NCBI GenBank assembly: GCA_965235115.1
Contig: OZ249436.1
Location: forward strand, 44,828,001-44,892,000
Direction of reading: 5' to 3'
DNA from: Laetmonice hystrix
Lineage: Eukaryota
DNA length: 64,000 nucleotides
Both the position numbers and the translations under genes were made by a program. Below the pieces are notes generated by a model. That model was not told the DNA's origin and did no database searches. It was given only the letters and a program-made list of their open reading frames with translations. Below are positions 53,628 through 64,000 of this stretch, piece by piece (the stretch's first letter is position 1; each line of letters begins with the position of its first letter).

Positions 53628-55378
53628 GGTTCTGTAACAATGTTGGCGTTCTGGTGGATATGAGGGTAACAGAAAACGTTAGGTTAAGGAGAAAATCAGC
53701 AATATCCATTCAATGACTCCTTCCTGGATGTTTAAAAACGTGCTTTGTTGTGATATGTGAAAGGATGTGTATATCCGGCTTGGTATGAGCGAAGTAGAAA
53801 CTGAATACGGTCTCAGGATCATACAAGTGGTCAATTAACGGCATCGAAAAGACGGTGAATGACGGATTGTGAGGGCAGGGCAATGAGTTGTATAGTCGAC
53901 GGTACAGGTATTCGTTCTTGTCCCCGCCCATGCAATCAAGTAGACCACGGCCCACGAATGGGCCCATGCAGGTAAGGCGGAGATCTCCACATTACCGATT
54001 TCCACCAGTTTTGAGAGCCGGCCGAATTCTCATAAGACCGGACGATTTTCTTATGAGCGTCTCCTATGTGGATCCCTCAATCGGATGTAAATCTGCCGGT
54101 CTTATGAGAATTCTGCTCTACAACAGTCATACAACCGACAACTTTAGAGCTTTTAATATTGTCGGCTCTAATTCTGTCTATCTTAGGACCGGACTATCTC
54201 ACTTAGTTTAAGAAATGAATGGCGAACACCCCTAAATAACCCTGGGTTCGTTGGTCCAGTTGAATAAACATGTGTATTTGGATCTTGGACTCGTCCGAGT
54301 GGCCCCGACCGGCCATAGAAAGTCAAGTACCGTGACCGGCGTGACCAGCACCTTTTCATGGTGGTGCCAATGATCAACCTTGACGGCTTTCTGCTTGGAG
54401 TTGGAATAAAAATAGGCAATTTCTGGCACGTGGTTTAGCAGCGCCTCTAGTGAGCTGTATCAGAAAAGACGAGTCCGTGTATATTTTCTCGTATATTTAA
54501 TAAATACTTCGATCCATTATGTTTTTAAATATTTTAGATTATTAAAAATATATTATTTGTTATGTGCAGTTAGAAACTTCTAGGTTCCTTACATATATTC
54601 GACGTAAATCGGTGAGAAATGTGTTCTACCGAGCTTACACACCACTGTACAGGTAGTCTACTTTACACTATAGGAGTCATGTTCAATTGACGCTTCTCAG
54701 TCGTCTGCTCAGATTAAAGCGACATGTCGCCTCGTGACGCGAGGTGGGCCAAGACAAGAGGGTGCCCCTAGACCTACATGTCCGTTGTCCTAAAGATTAC
54801 CTACACACAGGCCTTAGCGTCTGGAATCTATTTATGGTCTGGATGTATGGATCAATTTCGCTAAAAATAAAAAAAAATAAAAAAGACAAGAGGGTGTCAA
54901 CCCAGGTGTTGAGGTCCACCGATGTGTCACATCATACCGAGGTGGGCCGAAACAAGAGGGTGTAAAGCCAAGTGTTGAGGTCCACCAAGGTTGATGAGGT
55001 GCACAAGAGAGTGGCGGTATTGGTAGACAGCCGAGGCTGTCTACCAATTTACCGACTCGAGCGATCCCAATAGAGGTTGCCACCACTTCTGTGGTGGTGG
55101 TCGTCGTTGGGACTCGCCTGTGTCCACTCAACCATGGCGCTTGATAATAGCACTCACAATTCGCTCGTATAACTGCCACGACTACACGACAATAGTGCTC
55201 AGGGGCAATACTAATTACATGTATAGAAACACGACGTCGCAGTTTCGTGCACAGTTTAGCGCCAGCCAGCGCTTAATCTGTGTGTTGATTACCTATGAAG
55301 GCCTTCGCGATCCAGTTTTGCGCCAGGAACATCAGCAACACTAAATGCGGGAAATTGTAGACCCCATCTTGACACCTT

Positions 55379-55589
55379 AGTGCTGATCCCACCAAGGCGA
55401 TCCCCCTTGCGACGCCCATGCGATTTTGACATCACCCTTTTATTTTACTGTAATTTTGAGATTAAAGGATGGAACCCATTTCCTGAAACGGAGAAGGCCA
55501 GCCAGGAAAGATTTCAGAGTGAAATTCCACCATTAAATCAAAAATCGCATGGCCGTCGCAAGGGGAATCGCCTTGGTGGGTTCAGCACA
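55379..55589 (+). mobile_element. 211-bp MITE, shared-core family copy 3 (termini type A)
   Basis: AGTGCTGATCCCACCAAGGCG ... CGCCTTGGTGGGTTCAGCACA, flanked by CTT on both sides. Confidence 0.85.
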
Positions 55590-55761
55590 CTTGTTTGTCC
55601 AAACATCCGGGTGTTTGGACTGATTGTGGTAGTAGCCTATAGTGTGTTTACGTCATTATCGCGGAGCGCTATTGACCGTCAACGGTCAGTCAAGTTCGAA
55701 AACGATAAAGGCCTGTGTGTTTTTTTGCTCTACCAAAAACGCTGCGAATTCGTGGGTTATA

Positions 55762-55885
55762 GTATTGCATGGCATGCGCTTTTCCGCCAAAGTGGGAACT
55801 AGGGCAGCCGGCGACGTCGCCAAATGGGACGTCGCATTGCTTTAACGTTGGCGACTTTGGCGGAAAAGCGCATGCCATGCAATAC
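55762..55885. mobile_element. 124-bp hairpin MITE
   Basis: Perfect 32-bp inverted repeat GTATTGCATGGCATGCGCTTTTCCGCCAAAGT. Confidence 0.75.
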
Positions 55886-56113
55886 GCCCTGTCCACTGAG
55901 CTTGCGGCCGTGCGATTCCCCTTGCGACGGTCATGCGATTTTTGATTTAATGGTGGAATTTCACTCTGAAATCTTTCCTGGCTGGCCTTCTCCGTTTCAG
56001 GAAATGGGTTTCATCCTTTAATCTCAAATTTATAGTAAAATAAAAGGGTGATATCAAAATAACATGGGCGTCGCAAGGAAAATCGCACGGCCGCAAGCTC
56101 AGTGGACAAGGCC
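55886..56113 (-). mobile_element. MITE, shared-core family copy 4 (termini type C), reverse orientation
   Basis: TIR GCC(C/T)TGTCCACTGAGCTTGCGGCCGTGCGATT at both ends around the same core; a further type C end follows at ~56121. Confidence 0.82.
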
Positions 56114-56234
56114 TTCTAAAGGCCTTGTCCACTGAGCTTGCGGATTCGCTTCGATTGTGCGTCGGCCGCAGCGGGGTCAGTCTGGCCTTTTTGCCGCATC
56201 GCCCAAGTGGAAACCATTCTATGAAATTCAGTTA

Positions 56235-57132
56235 TACCCTAGTCACACTAGAGGCGGAATGAACCGGAATGCCGTCGGAATGAAAGTTCTTTGTACATTC
56301 CTGGATATTCGAAGTGAATTCTAAATATTCTGACTGCATTCTGAGTGCATTCCAAATATTCGGGCCCATTCTTGTTGGCGGCCCGAATGTTTTGCTCATG
56401 CTCAAAACTTTCGAGGTGCATTCGAAGTGGAGAAATATCGAACGGCATTCGAAATGTATTCTAAATGCACTCTGACTGCATTCTAAATATTCTTACGGCA
56501 TTCCAACAGCATTCGAAACATTCTGATCGCATTCGAGGAAAAATCGAAAAGGCAAGCCACTTTAAATCCTGCCAGAATGTCCCGAATGAGCCTCGAATGA
56601 GCCGGAATGCACCTCGAATGCATCTCGATTGCTGCCGGAATCTATACTCGGGACATTCTAAGTACATTCGAAGTACATTCCAAGTATTTCAACTGCATTC
56701 TGTTTAAATTCTTGGACGTTCGAACCATATTCGGCTGCCATTCTGGGAGCGTTCTGACTGCATTCGAGGTGAATTCGTACAGCATTCGAGGCACTTTCCA
56801 ACTAGACTTCGGGCGGTATTTGGACAGCAATCGAACCGCACTCCTACGGCATTCGAGGTGCATTCTAAATATTCTGACTGCATTCTAACAACATTCTAAA
56901 TATTCCTACTGTGTTCCAACTACATTCGAGCTGCATTGGAGAGCTAATACACCCAGAATGTGCAAGAATCATTCGAGGCGGGTTCGAAGCGCATTCTAAG
57001 CATTCTTACAAAGCTGTAAGAATTTTGGTCAATTTGAAATTTGCTCCCGAATGTGGCGCGAATTTTGAGTATTCTTCATTCCGGCTGGTTCTGCTTGATT
57101 CCTGCTGATTCCGAATAAGTGTGACGGGGGTA
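56235..57132. mobile_element. PIF/Harbinger-type non-autonomous element with GCATTC/GAATG internal repeats
   Basis: TTA TSD; TIR TACCCTAGTCACACT vs TACCCCCGTCACACT. Confidence 0.8.
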
Positions 57133-57799
57133 TTAAGTACTAATCTCGGCGTTGTGCGTCGCGATTTTCCGCAGCGGGGACCGCAGCGGTAAAACGCGAT
57201 AGTGGGTACAGGCGCCCATGTTTGACTATCGTTCAGCTTTTTTTTCATGCGGAAAGACTTGCTGGTTGATACCTTATCCATTTCTCGGACCAATCACCGC
57301 TCGGCCGGTGAAAGTAACGTGTCTAGGAATGATAGTGACTGCCGTTATTGTTAAAATAGCAGGATCTTTGCCATATTCGTTACATATTCGTTACTTATTC
57401 GTTACATATTCGTTACATATGCGTTACATATGCGTTACATATTCGTTACATATACGAAGGAGCCTGTTGACGATACGTGGGAGGGTACTAAACGCTCTTC
57501 TGATTACATTATTTTATTCTGCAGGCAGCAATCTGTAATTTAAACATGGGCAGATCGAAGTCCTTTCTCCAGCGATAAAACGATACGCCTTGTGGAGTGC
57601 CGTCATAGTGATATTCATCCGTGAGGTAAGCCTTTACAATTGAAGAGGAATATACGTGGCTGTATGAACAATCTGGTGCTATCGCCATTGTGACGAGGCT
57701 ATTCAGGAACGGCGGGGGTAGGATTAGTAGCCTGAGACACGTGCATATGTAGGCTACCGTGAAAAAAACACATACTTTTTTATATGTGAGCAATTCGCA

Positions 57800-58149
57800 T
57801 AACCGATACACAGGGCCGTAGATAAAGGCCCCTATAACCGAGACACAGGGCCGTAGATAAAGGCCCCTAAACCGAGACACAGGGCCGTAGATAAAGGCCC
57901 CTATAACCGAGACACAGGGCCGTAGATATAGGCCCCTATAACCGAGACACAGGGCCGTAGATAAAGGCCCCTATAACCGAGACACAGGGCCGTAGATAAA
58001 GGCCCCTATAACCGAGACACAGGGCCGTAGATAAAGGCCCCTATAACCGAGACACAGGGCCGTAGATAAAGGCCCCTATAACCGAGACACAGGGCCGTAG
58101 ATAAAGGCCCCTATAACCGAGACACAGGGCCGTAGATAAAGGCCCCTAT
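57800..58149. repeat. 35-bp minisatellite, ~10 copies
   Basis: Unit CCGAGACACAGGGCCGTAGATAAAGGCCCCTATAA. Confidence 0.95.
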
Positions 58150-60028
58150 TGGATAAACTGACGTCACGCCACTTTGATTGCGATTTCTTTAGGTCGCAGT
58201 GAAGTTTGAAGTGTCAAGCTATAGGCTACACCGGAATGGTCACGTGCAGCCTCGCTTCCATGACTGCCTATCCTACCTCAACAATTTCACCTGAAAGTGT
58301 CGCATCGATCCCTGACCCAGCAAGAACCCTCATTATCGCCTTTACCTGTTGACAACCCTATATTTGTACGATTGATGATGACCGATTGAGCCGACTGTGC
58401 GAAGCTTTAATCTGGTCGCTCACGTCAGGGGGAGCCCGTGACGTCATCAAGGAAGCGAGAAACGTTTCCGGGCGGAATTATGTTATTTTAACCTCCATTA
58501 TCGCTCCTTTGGCGACTCCAAGAAAAAACACGAGAAAACCCGAGAACAGCCGGCTTTGGTCCTAATGTTTCTTAATCTCGCCACTTTAGCATTGCGACTC
58601 CCATAGCAACGGTCAACTTTTAAATATTATTATTTCATGGTTAGGGCGCTTTCATTCTTCTAACTTCCAAAACAAGAACCAGCCTGTTTTACGTATGAAA
58701 GAATATTTTCATGTCTTAAATGTAAAAACTGACAAAAATCTGGACGATGTTTGAAATTGTGACGTAAAAATCGTTAAGGGACAAAGTTGCGCGTTTCGAG
58801 GCTATTTTTGCTCATTTACATATCAAGGACACGAGACTTGCACGCCCTATTTGTAGAGCGAGAGAGCGATGAACCCTGGTTTAGGTATCACAATGCTCGG
58901 TCATCTGTCCCTTTCAGCCAAGCGTTAAGTCTAAGATTTTAGGAACCGGGCCCATAGCTTTACATAGCTTTGCAACGGGTGAGCTGATCAAGTGATTGCG
59001 GCTATAGTCTCGCGTTCTGTGAAAAGGGTGTAAAGTCGCCCGGCTAAAACTCGATCGCTAAAAAGACGCGCGTCATTCCAAATTTGCTGTTTCGTGAATA
59101 TTTTTTAAAAATATTCACGAAATCCAATCAGGCAAGTAGGCAGTGCTATGGAACATAATTACTATATAAAAGCAATATTTTCACCAATTTGTAAAATCTA
59201 TATGAAATAATTGACATGATTCCTTTAACTGTATGTTATGTATCGCATGGAATCTCCATGGACTCGGTGGCTATAATTTTTCTTTCCTTTCCTCTTGTTA
59301 CTGTGATCTTTGTATAACATAATCTGTGCAAACCAATTATAAAGGTCATTTCAAATGTCATCACTTGTATCTAGACATTTGATCGGTTGACATTGTTGTA
59401 ATGTGGACATCAAATAAAGCCATATATTAATTTCGTCCCATAAGAAATAAGACATGGCAAGATTTTGTTACTTTTGTGACGTTCATTAGCAACTACCTTA
59501 AGGCCATCTCCACAACGAAAATGGGACAACAGAACGCTAAGGAGCCTATTGGCTGCCGAGTGGCGACGGGAACTGCCGTGATAGAATAAAATAACGCGTT
59601 GTCTGAGCGAGTGTTTGCGGGTCCACACCGCAGTCAGTTGCGTATGGGGACAATTTGTGAAACCAACACAGATATGTTTTGTCCTCGTTCACAGTACTGC
59701 GGCATAGACTAAACCGTTTATCGAGTGGTATTAATGGCTCTATTGACGTAATGATACTCTGCTTGCAGTTAAGAAAAATATAATCCAAGTCACTGTTTAT
59801 GTCCCCGGTGAACGAGGAGAAACTACGGGTATTGCTTCTGAACATGTTTATTAATTTCCAATGGCTCAAGCTAAGTACAAGAATCTGAATTCGCACGTTA
59901 CACGATCACTCTCTGCCATTTTTTGTTTGTTAACCCACTCCGACTCAAAACCACATCACAAGTTATCGCCTTCACGAATTTATTTAACAAACACCGCGTC
60001 GTGCCACTGTCTGGGAGGATTATCGTCT

Positions 60029-60200
60029 GACAACGGATGTTGGCGCCACGTCTAAGTTAGCACCTGTGCTAGACAACGGATGTTGGCGCCACGTCTAAGT
60101 TAGCACCTGTGCTAGACAACGGATGTTGGCGCCACGTCTAAGTTAGCACCTGTGCTAGACAACGGATGTTGGCGCCACGTCTAAGTTAGCACCTGTGCTA
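60029..60200. repeat. 43-bp tandem repeat, 4 copies
   Basis: Unit GACAACGGATGTTGGCGCCACGTCTAAGTTAGCACCTGTGCTA. Confidence 0.94.
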
Positions 60201-61032
60201 CACGGAACTATTACAGTGGGGAACCTAATCAGTCTACAATATATGTGTGCGGTGGAATCTCAGGGAAAACTCTAACATATGAAACGGTAATCAATTCTGG
60301 TGTGTGAAAATATGGAATACGTTCTCAGAAATTTCTCTCTGATTAAGCGTCTGCTATACGTTTGTATTGGAACTACCCTAATCCCACACTTACCTGTCCT
60401 ATTCCCGAAGTGGCCGAAAATTGTCTAAGTCCGAAAAAGGTACTGCATTTGTCGGGGGTAACAACCGATAACAGAACAGCCTTATCAAAACCAGGTCGTG
60501 TATCTGTCACATTTTGAATAGGACATGCTGAGCTGTTTGAAAATTGAAATTGTATACGCTAGGGAATAAGACAGGTATTAAGTGGGGGAATTAAGTATAT
60601 AAATGTAATGTTTTCATAGGATTCCATCTGCTGTTGGCGGGCTGTGACGTCCGAGGGAAGTGGGCATTCATGTTCTGTCAGCAATAATGGCCCTCATCAA
60701 GAACAATATGACTGATATTTATGGAAGGTTCTTCTTCTCCTTCTCCCTCGTCTTCTCCTTGTGCTTACGCAGACAGTCGCCTACTTCTAAACTATCAATG
60801 GTAAAGGACTATTACAGGTAGCCGCGAGTGGACATTGAGATAAGCGCTTGATCTGCAGTACGGGGGAGTAAACAAAAGCTGTCAACCGCAGGCGGTTCAC
60901 TTTGTGCGAACAAAGAGTAGTGGCGTGAATGTCCGCTAGGAGGAGATGGGCAGAGGCGTCGTTTCATGTGTTCAGTCACGATCTGGTGTCATGTGCATGC
61001 AAGAGCATGCCTCAGTGGTTGCGCGCGCACAT

Positions 61033-62370
61033 TTCCATCATTTTAAAGTGACCTTAAAGATTTCTAGTAGGGTTACACTCAGTGATAGGATGGGAAAGGC
61101 TACAGATTCCATCATTTTAAAGTGACCGTAAAGATTTATAGTAGGGTTACACTCAGTGATAGGATGGGAAAGGCTACAGATTCCATCATTTTAAAGTGAC
61201 CGTAAAGATTTATAGTAGGGTTACACTCAGTGATAGGATGGGAAAGGCTACAGATTCCATCATTTTAAAGTGACCGTAAAGATTTATAGTAGGGTTATAC
61301 TCAGTGATAGGATGGGAAAGGCTACAGATTCCATCATTTTAAAGTGACCTTAAAGATTTATAGTCAGGTTATACTCAGTGATAGGATGGGAAAGGCTACA
61401 GATTCCATCATTTTAAAGTGACTGTAAAGATTTATAGTAGGGTTAAATACTCAGCGATAGGCTGGGAAAGGCTACAGATTCCATCATTTTAAAGTGACCG
61501 TAAAGATTTATAGTCAGGTTATACTCAGTGATAGGATGGGAAAGGCTACAGATTCCATCATTTTAAAGTGACCGTAAAAATTTATAGTCAGGTTATACTC
61601 AGCGATAGGATGGGAAAGGCTACAGATTCTATCATTTTAAAGTGACCGAAAAGATTTATAGTAGGGTTATACTCAGTGATAGGATGGGAAAGGCTACAGA
61701 TTCCATCATTTTAAAGTGACCGTAAAGATTTATAGTCAGGTTATACTCAGTGATAGGATGGGAAAGGCTACAGATTCCATCATTTTAAAGTGACCGTAAA
61801 GATTTATAGTCAGGTTATGCTCAGTGATAGGATGGGAAAGGCTACAGATTCCATCATTTTAAAGTGACCTTAAAGATTTATAGTAGGGTTAAATACTCAG
61901 TGATAGGCTGGGAAAGGCTACAGATTCCATCATTTTAAAGTGACCTTAAAGATTTATAGTAGGGTTACACTCAGTGATAGGATGGGAAAGGCTACAGATT
62001 CCATCATTTTAAAGTGACCGTAAAGATTTATAGTCAGGTTATACTCAGTGATAGGATGGGAAAGGCTACAGATTCCATCATTTTAAAGTGACCGTAAAGA
62101 TTTATAGTAGGGTTACACTCAGTGATAGGATGGGAAAGGCTACAGATTCCATCATTTTAAAGTGACCGTAAAGATTTATAGTAGGGTTACACTCAGTGAT
62201 AGGATGGGAAAGGTTACAGATTCCATCATTTTAAAGTGACCGTAAAGATTTATAGTCAGGTTACACTCAGTGATAGGATGGGAAAGGTTACAGATTCCAC
62301 CATTTTAAAGTGACCGTAAAGATTTATAGTAGGGTTACACTCAGTGATAGGATGGGAAAGGCTACAGATT
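61033..62370. repeat. 74-bp tandem repeat, ~18 copies
   Basis: Unit TTCCATCATTTTAAAGTGACCGTAAAGATTTATAGTAGGGTTACACTCAGTGATAGGATGGGAAAGGCTACAGA. Confidence 0.96.
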
Positions 62371-63105
62371 ATGAGCATTGACATGGCAGACCGGTAACAC
62401 GTACCGTTAAAGACCTCTCAGTTCTTTCAATATCTACTGTTAGTATCATACGTTCTACGAGTCTCACACTGACATGAATAAAGTCACTACAGTTGTCGGT
62501 TTGTGTGCGTGTGTACTGATTACTGTACGCAGTCGCCACATGTATGGATATTTAATATAATATACCGATGGAAAGATAATAAAAGATTTCTTCCTCTGTT
62601 TGTAGTGACAACAATCTGGTCTATGGCGTAATATAACACTGTACATTAAACTTTGGAAGCATACCTGATACTTTATAGTCTTGACTTATCAGGCAGATGC
62701 TATATTGTACAACAGATGTACAATTTCTTAACGGGATGCAGTATAGATATTAATTAGCAATCAGCGTTAGTTTCCCAGGATTTATAATTCTTGGCCCTTT
62801 CCGATATTAGATAAACGCATGTAGATAAACCTTTCCACAATGAATCCCTGAAGGTAATCCATTATTTATAGCAATAATATGATATAATGAACATTATTTA
62901 TAATCCATTTTAATTACTTGGGATTTAACCAGTGAAAGCTTTGGTATTGTATCTTTTGACATAGGGTAACACTAATTGGAGCAGCCAGGTAGCGTCTCAA
63001 ATTAAGTTCTTACCCGGGGATGAGCAAGAGTTGATTAGGAGGTTATCAGTATTGAAAAGCTGCCGTCCGACTCGCTTAGAACTGCTACAAGTATCTTGAA
63101 GTTCT

Positions 63106-63912
63106 TTCTCTATCAGCGTGTTGTAAACTCTATCTTTATCTCTAAACTCTGTTCTCTATCAGCGTGTTGTAAACTCTATCTCTATCTCTAAACTCTGTTC
63201 TCTATCAGCGTGTTGTAAACTATATCTCTATCTCTAAACTCTGTTCTCTATCGGCGTGTTGTAAACTCTAGCTCTATCTCCAAACTCTGTTCTCTATCAG
63301 CGTGTTGTGAACTCTATCTCTATCTCTAAACTCTGTTCTCTATCAGCGTGTTGTAAACTCTATCTTTATCTCTAAACTCTGTTCTCTATCAGCGTGTTGT
63401 AAACTCTATCTTTATCTCTAAACTCTGTTCTCTATCAGCGTGTTGTAAACTCTATCTCCAAACTCTGTTCTCTATCAGCGTGTTGTAAACTCTATCTTTA
63501 TCTCTAAACTCTATTCTCTATCAGCGTGTTGTAAACTCTATCTTTATCTCTAAACTCTGTTCTCTATCAGCGTGTTGTAAACTCTATCTCTATCTCAAAC
63601 TCTGTTCTCTATCAGCGTGTTGTAAACTATCTCTAACTCTGTTCTCTATCAGCGTGTTGTAAACTCTATCTCTATCTCAAACTCTGTTCTCTATCAGCGT
63701 GTTGTAAACTCTATCTCTATCTCTAAACTCTGTTCTCTATCAGCGTGTTGTGAACTCTATCTCTATCTCTAAACTCTGTTCTCTATCAGCGTGTTGTAAA
63801 CTATATCTCTATCTCTAAACTCTGTTCTCTATCAGCGTGTTGTAAACTATATCTGTATCTCTAAACTCTGTTCTCTATCAGCGTGTTGTAAACTCTATCT
63901 CTATCTCCAAAC
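63106..63912. repeat. ~46-bp minisatellite, ~18 copies
   Basis: Unit TTCTCTATCAGCGTGTTGTAAACTCTATCT(C/T)TATCTCTAAACTCTG with variable CTATCT sub-repeat number. Confidence 0.95.
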
Positions 63913-64000
63913 CAGGGGATGTTCAATATATAAGCGTGTCGGACCGTCCTACCGGCGACGGACCAACAATTACAGGCCCTACAACCAGGCGACGGACTGT

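Noticed and set aside
52361..53637. Several overlapping 100-179-aa ORFs on both strands
   Set aside because: The 39-bp unit is a multiple of 3 and stop-free in several frames; no evidence of coding.
56248..57108. Cluster of 65-93-aa ORFs on both strands
   Set aside because: They lie in a GCATTC-repeat Harbinger-type non-autonomous element and have no recognisable motifs.
58922..58953. Orphan terminus ...TTAAGTCTAAGATTTTAGGAACCGGGCCC resembling the outer-arm TIR type
   Set aside because: No matching partner end found in the window, so element bounds cannot be supported.

Overview
Repeat-rich, intron-containing eukaryotic DNA, probably from a marine invertebrate (a mollusc-type SINE tail is present; organism is an inference). 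No host protein-coding gene could be supported. The centrepiece is a ~16.1 kb two-gene DNA transposon (17912-34025) of the ISL2EU/IS4EU type within the PIF/Harbinger-related group. By hand I could splice two intact, convergent genes: an 8-exon SWIM zinc finger + YqaJ/lambda-exonuclease-like PD-(D/E)xK nuclease (+ strand, 429 aa) and a 4-exon THAP + HTH + DDE_Tnp_4 transposase (- strand, 446 aa). The element has short inner inverted termini, sits inside a second pair of 24-bp inverted repeats (probably a split MITE), shows no clean TSD, and carries many nested insertions, all outside exons. The rest of the window holds a 6.3 kb non-autonomous EnSpm/CACTA-like element, a decayed LINE, a SINE fragment, many MITEs (including one family with a shared core but three different sets of termini) and about 14 unrelated satellite/minisatellite arrays. 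All family assignments come from motif recognition, not database searches.
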